Of a DNA stretch of 64,000 nt, positions 1 to 13,800 are shown in pieces. Origin of the DNA: Malacoraja senta (Eukaryota). Every line of letters starts with the position of its first letter. Within the stretch, counting starts at the first letter, position 1. The stretch lies in contig CM075985.1 in assembly GCA_038087875.1 (NCBI GenBank), positions 7,254,001 to 7,318,000 on the forward strand, in the 5' to 3' direction. Under the pieces are notes generated by a model. That model searched no databases and was not told the origin of the DNA. It saw only the letters and a program-made list of their open reading frames with translations. The position numbers and the translations under genes are program-made.

Positions 1-698
1 TCCAGAACTGTGGTTGCTCTCTTAAGTACTTCTTGGCAAACTGTAAAACTGGCATCTATTTTGCAGCTAACCAGTGGTTTGCATCTTGCAGTGTAGCCTC
101 TGTATTTCTGTTCATGAAGTCTTCTGCGGACAGTGGTCATTGACAAATCTACACCTGACTCCTGAAGATTGTTTCTGATCTGACGGACAGGTGCTTGATT
201 AGTAAGCTCACCAGTGCTCTCTTTCTTCTTAATGATGTTCCAAACAGTTGATTTTGGTAAGCCGAATGTTTGGCTGATGTCTCTAACAGTTGTATTCTTG
301 TTTCTCATAGTGGCTTCTTTGACTTTCATTGGCAAAACCTTGGTCCTTGTGTTGATAAACAGCATTAAAAGTTTCCAAAGGTGATGGAAAGACTAGGTGC
401 TGGAGGCTCTCTTATACCTGCATGAAGGATGCAATTAAACCCACCAGAGCAATTACAAACACCTGTGAAGCCAAGTGTCCCAAACATTATGGTACCCTGA
501 AATGGGGCGACTATGTATAAACACAGCTGTAATTTCTACATGGTGAAACCAAAATGTATAAAAATGGCCTTTATTAAAATCTGACAATGTGCACTTTAAC
601 CACATGTGATTTTTCTCTATTACAAATCTCAAATTGTGGAGTACAGGGGCAAATAAATAAATGATGGGTCTTTGGCCCAAACATTATGGAGGGCACTG
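1..698 (-). mobile_element. Tc1/mariner DNA transposon, 5' end with degenerate N-terminal transposase (runs off the window edge)
   Basis: The - strand begins TA|CAGTGCCCTCCATAATGTTTGGG (TA at 699-700). An IR/DR motif CCCAAACATTATGG occurs at 479-492 and 676-689. The - strand translates to Tc1-like helix-turn-helix peptides (TVRDISQTFGLPKSTVWNIIKK; LSMTTVRRRLHEQKYRGYTARCKPLVS; FAKKYL). Confidence 0.85.
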
Positions 699-878
699 TA
701 ACAATATAATTTTTATTCAACTAATTTTCTTCTTCTCCCTAATCTGCTGTTAGGTGATAAAACACAGTCGTAACAGTAAGGTATTTTGGATTTCCCCGGG
801 GTACATTCTTACCCATTCTTGCTTCAGATTGTTTATCGCAGCGGGCCTGAAGAAAGTTCCACAACCATTTCTAATAGC

Positions 879-1152
879 CTGGTTGAGGTCAGCTAACTAA
901 AAAGGGCTCCTGATTGGACACAAGGTGCTAGAGTAGCTCAGCGGGTCTGGCAGCATCTTTGGAGAACGTGGATTGGTGAGATTCAGGTGGGGACAGTCCA
1001 GACCCGAAACGTCACCCATCCATGTTTTCCAGAGGTATTCCCTGACCCATTGAGTTACTCAAGCACTTTGTGTCCAATAAGGAGCCCTTTTCAGTTAGCT
1101 GACCTCAACCAGATTATTTTGTGAATCAGCATCTGCAGTTCCTTGTTTCCAG
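879..1152. mobile_element. Palindromic Penelope-derived short element (inverted pseudo-LTR pair)
   Basis: ACACAAGGTGCTAGAGTAGCTCAGCGGGTCTGGCAGCATC...CCCGAAACGTCACCCATC...TGAGTTACTCAAGCACTTTGTGTCC, enclosed in an inverted repeat spanning 879-1112. Confidence 0.7.
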
Positions 1153-1640
1153 GGCTCCTCATTCAATATAGATAAATGGCTCAGTTATTCGCTGCTTTGG
1201 CTCACTGAGTTGCAACTTCATACTTTCTATTTCGTGCTGGTGATTTTAATTACTAATTGACTATTTCAGTTGCTGAGAATGGATAAGTAACAAGATAATT
1301 TTTCTGTGCATTTGCCTACCAATCAACAGTAACTCAATCCTCCAGCAGTTCCTCCATTTTGTTGCAATAAACTATTCAGAAGTCCACTCGGACTATGAAA
1401 AACCTGATAAACCTCATTGTTCTAGTTGAGATTTTGCTTTTAGTAAAGCTGTATCATTTATTTTGAGATTCTCACAAAATATTCCTGTGTTACAAGCAGG
1501 GAGACTATTCTGCATTTGCAAATGGATATGAGATATAACAGACAACATTTTAGATTACCTTTACGTTTCGATGAGGTTTCTATTCTTACTATTCATCTCT
1601 TTGAATCAATCGCAGTTCCAGCCTTTTGCAGCATTGTTTG

Positions 1641-1866
1641 ATGGAAGGACACGAAGCAAATCAAAATCACGGACACATGACAACCATCGAGGCTCACGCG
1701 GTTGCCCAGCAAGTCCAGCAGGTACATGTGGCCACGTACACAGACCACATCATTCTTAGCGGGGAGGATGACTCGCCCTCGTCGCCTGAAGAGACCTCCT
1801 TTGACGATTCTGACATCCTAAACTCAACCATCACAGATGAGGTTACGGCCCATCTTGCTGCAGCAG
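1641..1866 (+). CDS. NRF1: NRF1 first coding exon (human exon 2 equivalent)
   Basis: Acceptor ttttgcag| with exon start at 1632; ATG at 1641; [24 protein letters not shown]...HLAAA; donor G|GTGAGA; 226 coding nt, phase 1. Confidence 0.96.
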
Positions 1867-4800
1867 GTGAGACTCTGGAGTGAATGGGAGTAGGTGTTTA
1901 CTGCTGCTGGGTGGAAAACTCATAAGGTCATATGTGATAGCAGTATTAGGCCATTCAGCCCATCGTCTATTCCACAATTCAATCATGGTTGGTCTATCTC
2001 TCCCTCCTAACCCCATTCTCCTGCCTTCTCCCCATAATCCCTGACACCCATACTAATCAAGAATCTATCTATGCCATAAAAATACCCTTTGATGGCCTCC
2101 ACAGCCGTCTGTGGCAAAGAATTCCACTGATTCACCACCCACTGACTAAAGAAATTCCATCTCATCTTCTAAATGAACATCCTTTATTCTGACGCTATGA
2201 CCTCTAGTCCTAGACTCTCCTACTAGTGAAAACATCCTCTCCACATCCACTCAAAGCCTTTCACTATTCTGTGCTTTTCAATTAAATCCTTCCTCAGTTA
2301 TGGTGCCCAACACAGAGTGCTACATGTTTATGTTTTCTTCATTCAGAGTCATACAGCTTAGAAATAGGCCAACTCATCCACACCGATGAAGATGCCTGTC
2401 CAAACTAGTTCCATTTGCTCACGTTTGGCCCATACCCCTCTAAACGATTCCTGTCAGTGTAGCTATCCAAATGCCCATTACATGTTATTGTACCTGCCTC
2501 AACCACTACCTCTGGCAGTTCATTCGATTTATGAACCACCCTCTGTGTGGAAACGTTGTCCCTTGGGTTCCTATTAAATCCATCCTCATCTTAAACCAAT
2601 GTCTTGCAATTCTTGATTCTCTAACTCTTGGAAAAAGACAGTGAGCATTCTGCCCCCTCATAATTTTATACACCTCTATAAAATCACCCAACAGTCTTCA
2701 GGGCTACAATTAATAAAGTCCTAGCCTGTCCCTATAACTCAGTCCTTCAAGTCTTGGCAGCACCCTTGCAAACCTTTTTACTCTCCTTCAAGTTTAATAG
2801 CATCTTTCCTGTCTAGGGTAAACAAAACCAATCACAATATCCTGAGAGTAGTCTTGCACAACTGCAAAATAGCATCCAAACCTCTCCACTCAATTTCCTG
2901 ATTGATGAAGGCCAGCAGTGCAAAAGCCTTTCTGAAACTCCATTTGCCATTCCTTGGCCCAGTTAACCAACTGATCAAGGTCCTGCTGAAATTCTTGATA
3001 ACCTTCACTGCATACAATATCACCTTTATCTATAAACTTACATGCCCTGTACATTCTCAAACAAATCATGGATATGGATGACAAACAATTTCCCGTTAAC
3101 TTTTTGCCTTCTTCCCCGTTGTCCTGTCCCTTTTCCCAATTCCTTAGTTTTCTCTTCTGGACACTGATTTTTTGATGGACTGCAGTTTAACTGCTATCTG
3201 CTACCTTCCATCTCATGGTTCAGTAGGTTAACCTCTCTGTGCACTTGATAGTACAGTCCAAGCATAGCCTGTGAGAATGCAAAAGATTACATGGGGTTAT
3301 TTTGAGGTAACCTGATGATGGCTCGGGCGTGTCCTGGCTAGTATTTAACCCCAATTCTATTCTTGAAACCGGTAATCTGATTATTAATGTTGTTGCAGTT
3401 TGTGGAAGCTTACTTTGTGTAAGTAGCTTGCTGCTTGTTTAAGCAGTAGTGACAAAGTTTATTACTATATCTCTGTACACATGACAAGAATATACCAATA
3501 CCAAACTCTTCCCTGCCTCTCTAAAATAATATGCACATTTTGGCCTGAAAATGTTTTGTGTTTTCGCAAAATTGAAGCGGGCCACTTGAATGAAGCACTA
3601 GAAAGGAACCGATAAGAGTTCATGTCTCAAGACGGGGGAACAGAATTGTGCTGACATAAAAATAAGTTTGTATAATGCATTGAATATCAGGGCCAGCAGA
3701 TGGTGCTAAGAAACCACCAAAAAATTAAGCCAGCTACCTCAGCGCTGTCTCGCATCAGCCAGCTTGGTCATAAGAAGGTGCAAATCTGGTTCTGGAAGTG
3801 CTCACTGCTACTATTTATATCCTTTTATATGTATTCGGTTTTCCATAATTTTCCTCCTAAATGTCATTCCGTTTCCCATTCTAAAAGTACCAACTCAAAC
3901 TGGATACCCAGTCATCATATAGAAATCTGCCTAGTGAATGTGGATAGACTTTACCGCCCTATCCTGTGCCCATTTAATGTTCACCTACGCCATGCAGCAG
4001 AGCTACTGGATAAAAGAAAAGGGGGAGAGAGTGAGTAATGGGGAGGAATCCGATCTTAATTTCTCTTTTCCCAGTGAATATCTGCTCTCCTATTGTCCAA
4101 ATGCAAAGGTTCTAAGGATAACTGTGGAATTCTGCATCATTCAGACTGATGTCTGCTAACAACACAATGGACTGCAGCTTGTTCCTTGGAACTTCACGAT
4201 CTTTATTATTCTGTAATGAAGTAACTACTGAGATATTAGGATAACTATGGTTTCACGTTCTCTTATTTCTTTGTATGTTCATACGACTTGTGTCTTGTTA
4301 AGTGATTGATGTAATTGCATCTTTGGCAATCCCAAACACAGTGAATTTGTTTAGCTGTTGGGTCACACAAACCAAGGAAGTCTTCTATTCTAGTCTCCAT
4401 TCCAAAACTGTGTTGCAGGCAGGCCGCAGGCACTTGTACAGAAGGAAGTACAGTTGATTGGTGTGGCCTTATTTAACAAAAGGAATATGTTCCCAAGGAT
4501 CCCACTCCTGATTACCCTGGCAGTCCCCTCATCTTCCCGCTCAATAAACTCCCTCAGTTTATTTCCCCCATTATCATCACTGCAATACAAATGCCTTTGC
4601 CACCATGTCAAACACTGAAGATTTCCTAAATTCATATATTTTCTGGCACCACCTCAACCAATACACCCAAAGCAGCCATAGAGGGAAATACTAAGTTGGA
4701 ACATTAAGCTAAGTGTCTTTCTGCCTTTTTAAAAAAAATATGTGAAGCTTTTGGTAGAATTGTGTAGAGTGAGAATGCAAGTTGTAAATGAATTTGTGTT

Positions 4801-7800
4801 TTAACTTCAGGTTCAGGGATCTGCTCTATGATCTGTGCAAATTAACGGGCACTGTCTTGACTGACCCTTTGCCCAAAGACGGGCACAGTGACGAGTGGCA
4901 TCACAGGTGATTTTCAATGTCGGGAAGGCTGTGGGGCTTACTGACCTTTCCACTCTTTGCTCTCAGGTCCGGTTGGAATGGCAGCGGCTGCTGCCGTGGC
5001 AACGGGCAAGAAACGGAAGCGTCCCCATGCTTTTGAGTCCAACCCATCAATACGCAAAAGGCAGCAGACACGCTTGCTACGGTGAGACTCCCTTCTGAGG
5101 CTCAGGAGCCCCAGCCCAGAGCACCAGCCACCATGTATAAGTTACCTGTTCGTAGAGATACCAGATTAGGACATCAGTACTGGCCCCACATGTAAATGGT
5201 TGAGTTGAAAAGAAAAAGGCCTAGAAAGTATGTGGGGAAAAAGGGGGGAGAGGGTTCACTGAGAATAGAAACTGTTGAATAAATGTTATAGGTTAGGTTA
5301 AAATATAGATTTAAATTTCAAAACATAAAGCTGATGTAGAATTTCACTTTTTTTTCAAAGCAGCCCCAATGGTGTAGTTAGTAAATACACTGCCCAGAGC
5401 CTGGCCGTGCATCAGGAAGATCCCTGCTTCAAATCCACGTCTGTAACTGAGTGAGTTGATCTTCTGAGGTTAAGTCACATTGTTAGAGTGGAGGAAGTTT
5501 CACACTACGTCTGTATTCAAGCCAGGGAGTGCAGACAGTGAAATCATACATAGAAAAGTGTTATTCTCTGGGTGAGTGACTTGGGACTGAACATGAAGCA
5601 GTAAACTAAGCAGATTGGTGGGTCTCTTGCAATGATTTGATCTGAGAAACTGCGATTTTCATAGCTGACAGATGAAGTGGAGCTGGTTTATCTGTAGATC
5701 AGTCTGTTGATTAATTTGACCTGGTGCTACTCAGTTTATTTTATACATTACAGAGAAATTCTAACTTGCCACAGGTTAAACAAGATCTCTTTTTGTGTAT
5801 TTACCTGCACTAGGCAAACCTCGCAGCACATGCTAGCTTTCCATCATGTTTGACTTTCCTCTGGAGGGCTCAGCTTTTATTTTCCACAAAGCTCCCTGAG
5901 CTTGTTGTTTGTGTGTTTTCCACCTGCGGTGCATCATTCGGGAGCCTTGATTATTCCCCATATCCTAGGTTTGGGGACAATGGCCTCAATTATATTTGCC
6001 ACACCACACCTCTAGCAGCGATCAGTCTATTCAGCACAGATTATGGATCAGACCTGGGATTTTTCTGACCTCTGGTTACATACCATACTGGGCAGTATGT
6101 TTATTAACTGCTACTGGAGAAACTTGTGCTCTATGGACGATTTAGAGGTACAGAGCTCGTAGGGAATGAATTCAGCTTCTAACTTCACCTGCCTCTAAGT
6201 TCAATATTTTGAGATGCATTTGAGACTTGAATGAAAACTTCCCAGTTTGAAAGCCATTCTTTTCAGTCAAACTTACAGCTGCGGTATAAGCTCCAAGCCG
6301 TTGCAATATACATGTTGACTAACTGAGAAGGATTATTTCTCTAGAGAATGCTTTACATTGGTCTAGTAAAAAATGTATTGCATTGACTTAGAATCCATAC
6401 CCAGTAAAGTCTTATTTTCCTGATAGAGCTCTTCCTAAATTATGTATCTGTAATTCTTCTATAGAAAGTTCATTGTAAACATTTTAGTCATTAAGTAAAT
6501 GTTTTTTTTATGATCATTGGATGACAGAAGAATTAAGCCAAGTAAAAATATAGCCCTCTTTCTATTTGTGTGCTCTGGGCATGTTAGGATTAGGGAATTA
6601 AGGGCCTTGGGTGTCTCCAAAATGTTACGGTTTAGGACCTTGAAAGGCAGAATCTGCAACTTTCACTCGAGTATTTTTATTAGATGATAGGATTATAGCA
6701 TGGAGACTGTCAATATCCCAAGTGAAGCTGGTGTTGAGTTCTTTACTTTATATCCAAACTTCCATCTCATCCGAGTTTCTGTTTTCTCTCTCTCTCTCTC
6801 TCTCTCTGACTCACAGAAAACTACGAGCTACTTTGGATGAATACACAACCAGAGTTGGTCAGCAGGCGATCGTGCTCTGTATCTCCCCATCCAAACCAAA
6901 CGCAGTCTTTAAAGTGTTTGGAGCTGCTCCTCTGGAGAATGTGGTAAGCAACGAATGACCGTTCGTTTTCAATATTAGTTTCCTTATGTTTCTACTTCAT
7001 TGGCAGGTGGCAAGTTTAGCTGTAATTCACATGCAAAGGCCCCAGTATAATTGGGGAGGCTCACACCTTCATGGGTATGTTTAGAGCTGATTTCTCAACA
7101 AACAATTCCAGCCTGCAATAGGAACAGCTTTTTATGTATTTCTCCAAATAAATCCAATAGAGAAGGTTGACATAGCTGAAAAATCCTCCCGTATTCACAC
7201 GAGCAGGTCACTGGATTGTTGTGAAAGGTAACAGTGAGTTGGGGGAAGGGGTGGATTAAGCGTGGCTGGACTGACTATTAGAGGGTATATTTGGTGCTGA
7301 ATGATTGCATTATAGAAAAAGATTACGTGACATGTAGGTCAAATGTAGGACTGTGCTAGCAATTGCACAGGTGGATGTGAATTTAGTTGTTTGGAAATTT
7401 CCCCTGGGGATTGAGGCAAGCATCTGCTTTTGAAAAAAAGACTTGGCTTTGCTATTAATTGGGGTGTGGTTAAGGTTCATGTACAGGCGATAACAAAGCA
7501 TGAAATCATTGCTTATTTTACTAAAAGGTTTTTTTTAAGCCTTCCCTTCAATTTTCTTGCATTGGTAAATGTCAGCTGTAGTTACCACCCTGTATATTTG
7601 AATGCAATCATGGCTTCACTCTGGGAGTTCATACAGTAGATGCAATTAGTTTTTATCTCTCGATGTAAATTCAGTAATATCTCAATTCTGTTCTGTACAA
7701 TTCAGCACTGTTCTGTACAGCTTATTTTCCATCGCGGGACCTTCATTGTAAAACATTATTTCCTTTTCTTTTTGAGGGGACATTGCAGCTAATGAGGCCA

Positions 7801-10800
7801 ATTGGGGACTTTCCCCATGACATCTGCTGATAACTGTTCACTGAAATAATCTTAGACTATCCGCACGGGATAATCTCCGTTCCCTTTGTATGACCCTTGT
7901 GATCTGGGTGCAGTGATTTGAAACAATGAGCGTGGACAAGTCAATAAACAGCAAATAACTTGTGATGATCGATCATCCACATGAAAAATCCACTCACAAC
8001 ATGTAATATTGGCTCTTGGGCAAGGACTATTACCTGCCGCCTTGGTGATATTTATGACATGTTTCCCTTTACATTGATGTGGCTGTTTGGTTCTCTGGTG
8101 GTAATTTCTAATTCGTGCTTGCCTGTTCCAGTTGGCAACCTGTCTCCTCTCACCGCATTCCCTCTGAAGTACAGAAGCAGATGCGCCCATGTTTTGCTAA
8201 CGCAATACAGTGCCACAGAGCACCTGGAGCATGTTGTTGCCTAGCAGTAGTTCCCTTTGGTTGCCACTTTACAGATTGTTTACCTAAAACCTCTGCCTTT
8301 CCCTAGGTACGCAAGTATAAAAGTATGATCCTGGAAGACCTGGAGTCAGCACTAGCAGAGCATGCTCCCCCACCTCAGGAGCTTAATTCCGACCTTCCAC
8401 CGCTCACCATCGATGGAATCCCAGTCTCTGTAGACAAAATGACGCAGGTGAGCCAAGCCTGTGTTGCACTGATGATGCATATGGATAATGGAAAGAAGGA
8501 AGCAGAACAGTCTACTGAAAGCTTCAGCGCAATTGTCCTAATGACATCAGAAAACCAACAGTTTTATGTCATCCTTGCCCTCAATTGCATATTCCATCCT
8601 CCAAAATGTCCTGATTACTCGTAATCACTTGTTTTCTCATCTATTCTGCCTCAGGCCCTACTTAACACTTGGTCTTTATACTCAGTGTTGCCAAGTATGG
8701 ACGGAGGGCTTTTTGAGCTCGGTTTTAAGTTTGTTTCACATACAAAGTTCACTCTTATCACAGTGAAATAGTGACCCGGTTGTATTTATCCAGAACTTTC
8801 ATGCCATTTTTGTTTCACTTCCCAGTAACAGATTGTTTAGATCATAATCTGTACATCGCGATTTAAATTCTTGGAGTCAAAAGAACAGCAGAAAGAGTAG
8901 GCAATTTAGCCCTTCACACCAGCTCCATTGATCTTTTGCCTCGCTACCACTCCCCTGTACTAGCTCTATGTCCTTTGATATTCTTAATATGAAAAAATAC
9001 TCAGCAAATGAACCTTCACAGCCCTCCTTAAGATTCAAAAACCTCTAGGTGAATAAATGTTTTCAAATCTCAATACTTATATCTTGCAACTGTGACCCCC
9101 CTGGTTCTAGACATCCTAGCCAGGGTAATTATCATCTCTGTATCTTGCCTGTCAATCCCTAAAATCTGTATATGTTTCAATGGGATCATCCCTCACTCTT
9201 CTAAACTTGGGAGTATGTCCTCTTGTCCATTTAACCCCATGTTATAGAACAGTCCTTGCATTCCTGGAATCAATCTCATGAGACTTCATTGCAAATCCTT
9301 TATGTTCCAGGTATATATTTTTATGGTAGGAGACAAGGCTCGTATGCAGTCAATTGGTTTTGTAGGTTCAGGCCTCACCTGAATGCAAATGTATCATTTA
9401 TACTGATGCGTGGCTGTGAGGAGGTAGTGCATTAATGAAGGTGTTTTCCTGTGAAAGAGGCATTATAATATAAAGAACAAAAACACATAATGACTGAAAT
9501 GCTCAGCAGGTTAGGTAGCATCTTTGGGTGAAGAGAAACAGTTAATGTTTCAGTTCAATTACATTTCAATGCCATGCTGCTTGTCCCATTAGTATGGTAG
9601 CTATTACAGAATCTGCCACACTACTCAGTTTAGCCAACCTTCTGCTCTGGACTAATTCCATTAAACAAAACTGATTGTGTTCATTTCTGTTTGTGGGAAC
9701 TTAAGAGTCACAAGAAACTGCAGATTCTGGAATCTTGAGCAAAACAAAGTGCTGGAAAAATTCCGTGGGTCTAATACCTACTCCAATCAGTCTGAAAAGG
9801 GGTCCTGATCTGAAACATGCCTGTCCATTCCCTCCAATGGACAGGCATGTTTCAGATCAGGACCCCTTTTCAGACTGACTGGAGTAGGTATTAGAAATCT
9901 GGAAAAGAGAGATGGTGCAGGACAAAGCTGGAAAGTGATAGATGAGTACAGGTGCGCAGAGTTTGACGGATGAGTGGAGTAGGTGACAAAGACTAAAGTT
10001 AAAGAGGAGATAGAATGGTGACAGATAAGGAAACGAGTGAAATGTAAAGCCGGAGGGAGGGAAGTGGGTGGAAGGGGTGATATAGGGGGCATAATAAGGA
10101 AATAGGGGGACTCGGGGATGGGAGATGAGTGTACGAAGGAGGCCTTTCTTCAGACTGATATTTTAAGGGACAATTAGAAACTAAAATTAAACCTAAGATT
10201 TATGAATTGCAAAGTGGTGCAACGTTAATGCGGGAATACATCAGCTAGCCCGGTAACAGTTGTGAGGAAAGATGTTGTGAAGGAGTAATTAATAAAGCAC
10301 TTAGAATATAGTGCATAATAAGAGTTAGCAGTGCTTTATTGGAGAAAAGTTAATTGGAAACGTTAAGCTGGAAACGTTTTGATGAATCAAGAAACTGGTC
10401 AAATGGAAGACATTGTTAATTTATACTAAAGCCAAGTAATCACACTAAGAGATGAGAAAAGTGTTTGTGGAGGTAATTTAGCTTCACAGTCTTCAAGATG
10501 CTGAAAATAAGTGACCACCCTGAACAATACTGTTGGTCAATTCAAAAAGGACAAATATATAATTAACAAACAAAATTGATTTGGAGATTCAATAACACTC
10601 AATATGTTTACAAATTCCTACATGTATATGCCCCAATATTCTTCGGGGTCTTATTCCAGGAGTATGTAGTGATGTCGGAGCTCCTTTGAATTTCTTGCTC
10701 TTTAATTGTGGAAGTTTAATCTTTCTTACCCATACTCCTGAGAATCCTCTTTCAAAATCCCTTCCTCAAAAACTGCCAGTTTGTACATCTCAAGAAATAT

Positions 10801-13800
10801 CTCTTCCTCAAAGTCCATCACATATTGTATATATAATTGTGAAAGCACAAACTATCACACCACACAAACAGGGTGCTTTGGTCTTTCCATTCTTTAATCA
10901 TCTCATATTTTTACATTTACCGAATAACTCTTTGGTGCGGAATTAGAAAGGGAAGGAGATGTTATCCATTCTCAATACATGTGTGGGAAGGAATTGCAGA
11001 TGCTGGTTTACATCAAAGATGAACACAAAATGTTGGAGTAACTCGGTATGATAGGCAGCATCTCTGGATGGAAGGAATGGGTGATGTTTCGGGTTGAGAC
11101 CCTTAGTCATAGAGTGATGCAATATGGAAACAGGCCCTTCGGCCCAACTTGCCCACACCGTCCAACCATGTCCCAGCTACACTAGTCCCACCTGCCTGCG
11201 CTTAGTCCATATCCCTCCAAACCTGTCCTATCCATGTACTTATCTAACTGTTTCTTAAACGATTGGAACAGCCTCAATCAACTACCTCCGCTGGCAGCGT
11301 GTTCCATACGCCCACCATCCTTTGTGTGAAAAAATTCCTATTAAATCTTTTCCCCTTCACCTTGAACCTATGTCCTCTGGTCCTCGATTCCCCTGCTCTG
11401 GGCAAGAGACTCTGTGCATCTTCTGTGCACCCATCTTCAGACTTTCTTGTGTTGATACATGTGTCTAGTGAAGGCACAATCTGGCTTGATTGGATTATTT
11501 ACCAACTCTTGCTACCACAGGTCACATGTGGAGAGGTACTAGATAGATATTAACACGAGGCTGCATCCTAATGTGACCAGGTGCCTTTAAGATTATTAGG
11601 AAAAATAATGTATTGTTCAGATGCTTTAAAAAAAAAAGGATCAAAATATTTCCCCAGCTGCCATTATCGCTCTTACTCTTCCCGCACAAAGTAAATAAAA
11701 AGTGCCAACTGTGTGGGGACTTATTTAAGAATCCAAAGTTGCCACCAACGATAGTTTCATTGGGCAACTTACAGCTGCCTCAAGTGAATCATGCTGAGCT
11801 GAGCAAATGAGCGCAGAAGAAATTAATGTCTTGCTTACTAATTGCACCTAGGGTCCCATGGGAGATCATCTTGTTGCTGGTTGCCATTGCGTGGCACTTG
11901 TGAGCAGGTGTAACATGCGCTCGTGTTGGTCCTAATTTCAGGAGTTGCTTGTGTTTAGTGAATGCCAGCATCACAAGTATATGTGTTTTATTTTCCTTGT
12001 TACTGAATGAGCCAGGTGAGACTGCGTGCTGTGAGCTGCTAATTAAACTCGGGCTGAGCCAGGTATGAGGCTGATTGTGTCCCCTGTGGATTAGAAAAAG
12101 ACCCTCTTAACAAGAGCATCAAGCTGCTGTAGCCCCTGTACACTCCCAATGCTGTAATTAAAACCATCTGGAAAGTGGCCAAAGGATCCCAGGAGCAGAT
12201 AAGGGGAGGAATTTTGGGGGAAAAAAGAAATGCATGAAGCAGGTAACGGAAGCTAAAATCTTGTGTTAAAAATTGAGTTTTATTAATCCAATGAAATGAC
12301 TATTTTATGCCCGTAATTGCTTAACCAGATTCAAATTCATGTTAAATTGTCCTTATCCCACTCTCACCTGTCTTTCCGTATGTAGCATTTTTTGCTCTCT
12401 GTCGTATGCTTCACATATAATGTGCTATCTTGAAATGTCAAGACATGTACAATTAGTAAGTATGGCAGCTACTTTGAACACATGCCTAATAAAACACAAA
12501 AATTGCTCACCCATGGATGTCCAAGTCTGCTGTTGCAGGCATTGTTGTAGCTGAGATTGTCTTATTGTAACTAAACAAAAGAACTGGAGTGATATAATGA
12601 CTTTATACTGGGCTATTGTGTAGATCATTCTAGACTTTCGAATTACTTCTATTTTTTACTTGGCGTGTGGGTTATGCTGGCAAAGTTCCAGTACCCTTAA
12701 TTCATCACTGCTCATTTAAAGTCACCTGCACACCTGACCAATGTTAGATCTTTGATTCCAAGCTACTCCATCAAAATTCAAAGTAGTATTTCCAGGTGCA
12801 AGTTGAAAAAGCTAAAATCTTATACTGGTGTTGATAAAGGAAACGGGTCATTGTAAGCTGTTTGTAGGATGAAAATGAGAAGCTGGTGCGACTTGCGTGT
12901 GGGAGGGATAGAGAGAGAGGGAATGCCGGGGCTACCTGAAGTGAGAGAAATCAATATTCATACCACTGGGCTGTAAGCTGCCCAAGCAAAATATGAGATG
13001 CTGTTCCTCCAATTTGCGTTTAACCTCACTCTGACAATGGAGGAGACCGAGGACAGAAAGGTTTGTGTAGGAGTGGGAAGGAGAATTAAAGTGTCCAGCA
13101 ACCAGGAGATCAGGTTGGTTCACGCATTTCCATCCGTTTCTACTAATGCTGAATATCTCCTCTGTCATACTGCATGAAAACACACTTGTCGGACTCATGC
13201 CTTCACTGCAACCATCAGGCATCCATTTTGCTCACGAACAACATTGAATACAACATCAATACAAAATGGATGAAGTTTTGTTGTTATATAAAACCAAGTT
13301 AAATTTCAAAGAAAAATCAGATGAGCCAGGTTTATGTTCCCTGGCATTCGTAGAGTTGAGAAGTGATTTGATAAAAAAAATTCAGAGGAATTAATAAGGT
13401 AGATCTGGTTAGGGAGTCTGGTATGAAAGATCACAATTAAATGGTAAGCCTTTCAAGAATGAAGTTGACAAATATTTCTACATACACAGGATTTTGGATC
13501 TCTTCAGTAAATTGCAACTGACACTAAATTGACTTAATTTCAAAGGTGGGATTTAAAAAAAAAAAAAAGTGATTTGGGACAACTGTCAGAGTAAGTCGAA
13601 TTGGGTCACTGATTGGCTGGGACTACATTGAAAAATGGAATAAGATAAAGATTAAATGTCCTGCTTCAGTTCCTGTGTTGTGTATGGTCCCTGTGAAGAG
13701 TAGTGAATGTCAACAGTCCACATAGGAACCAATCAGAGCCTCATATTGTCCTTTTGTCAACTCCAGAGGAATAATTTGTTTATTCCCCTGCGTATGTGCA

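Noticed and set aside
11905-11925. NRF1 autoregulatory site (ACATGCGCTC)
   Set aside because: Only a partial match to YGCGCAYGCGCR.
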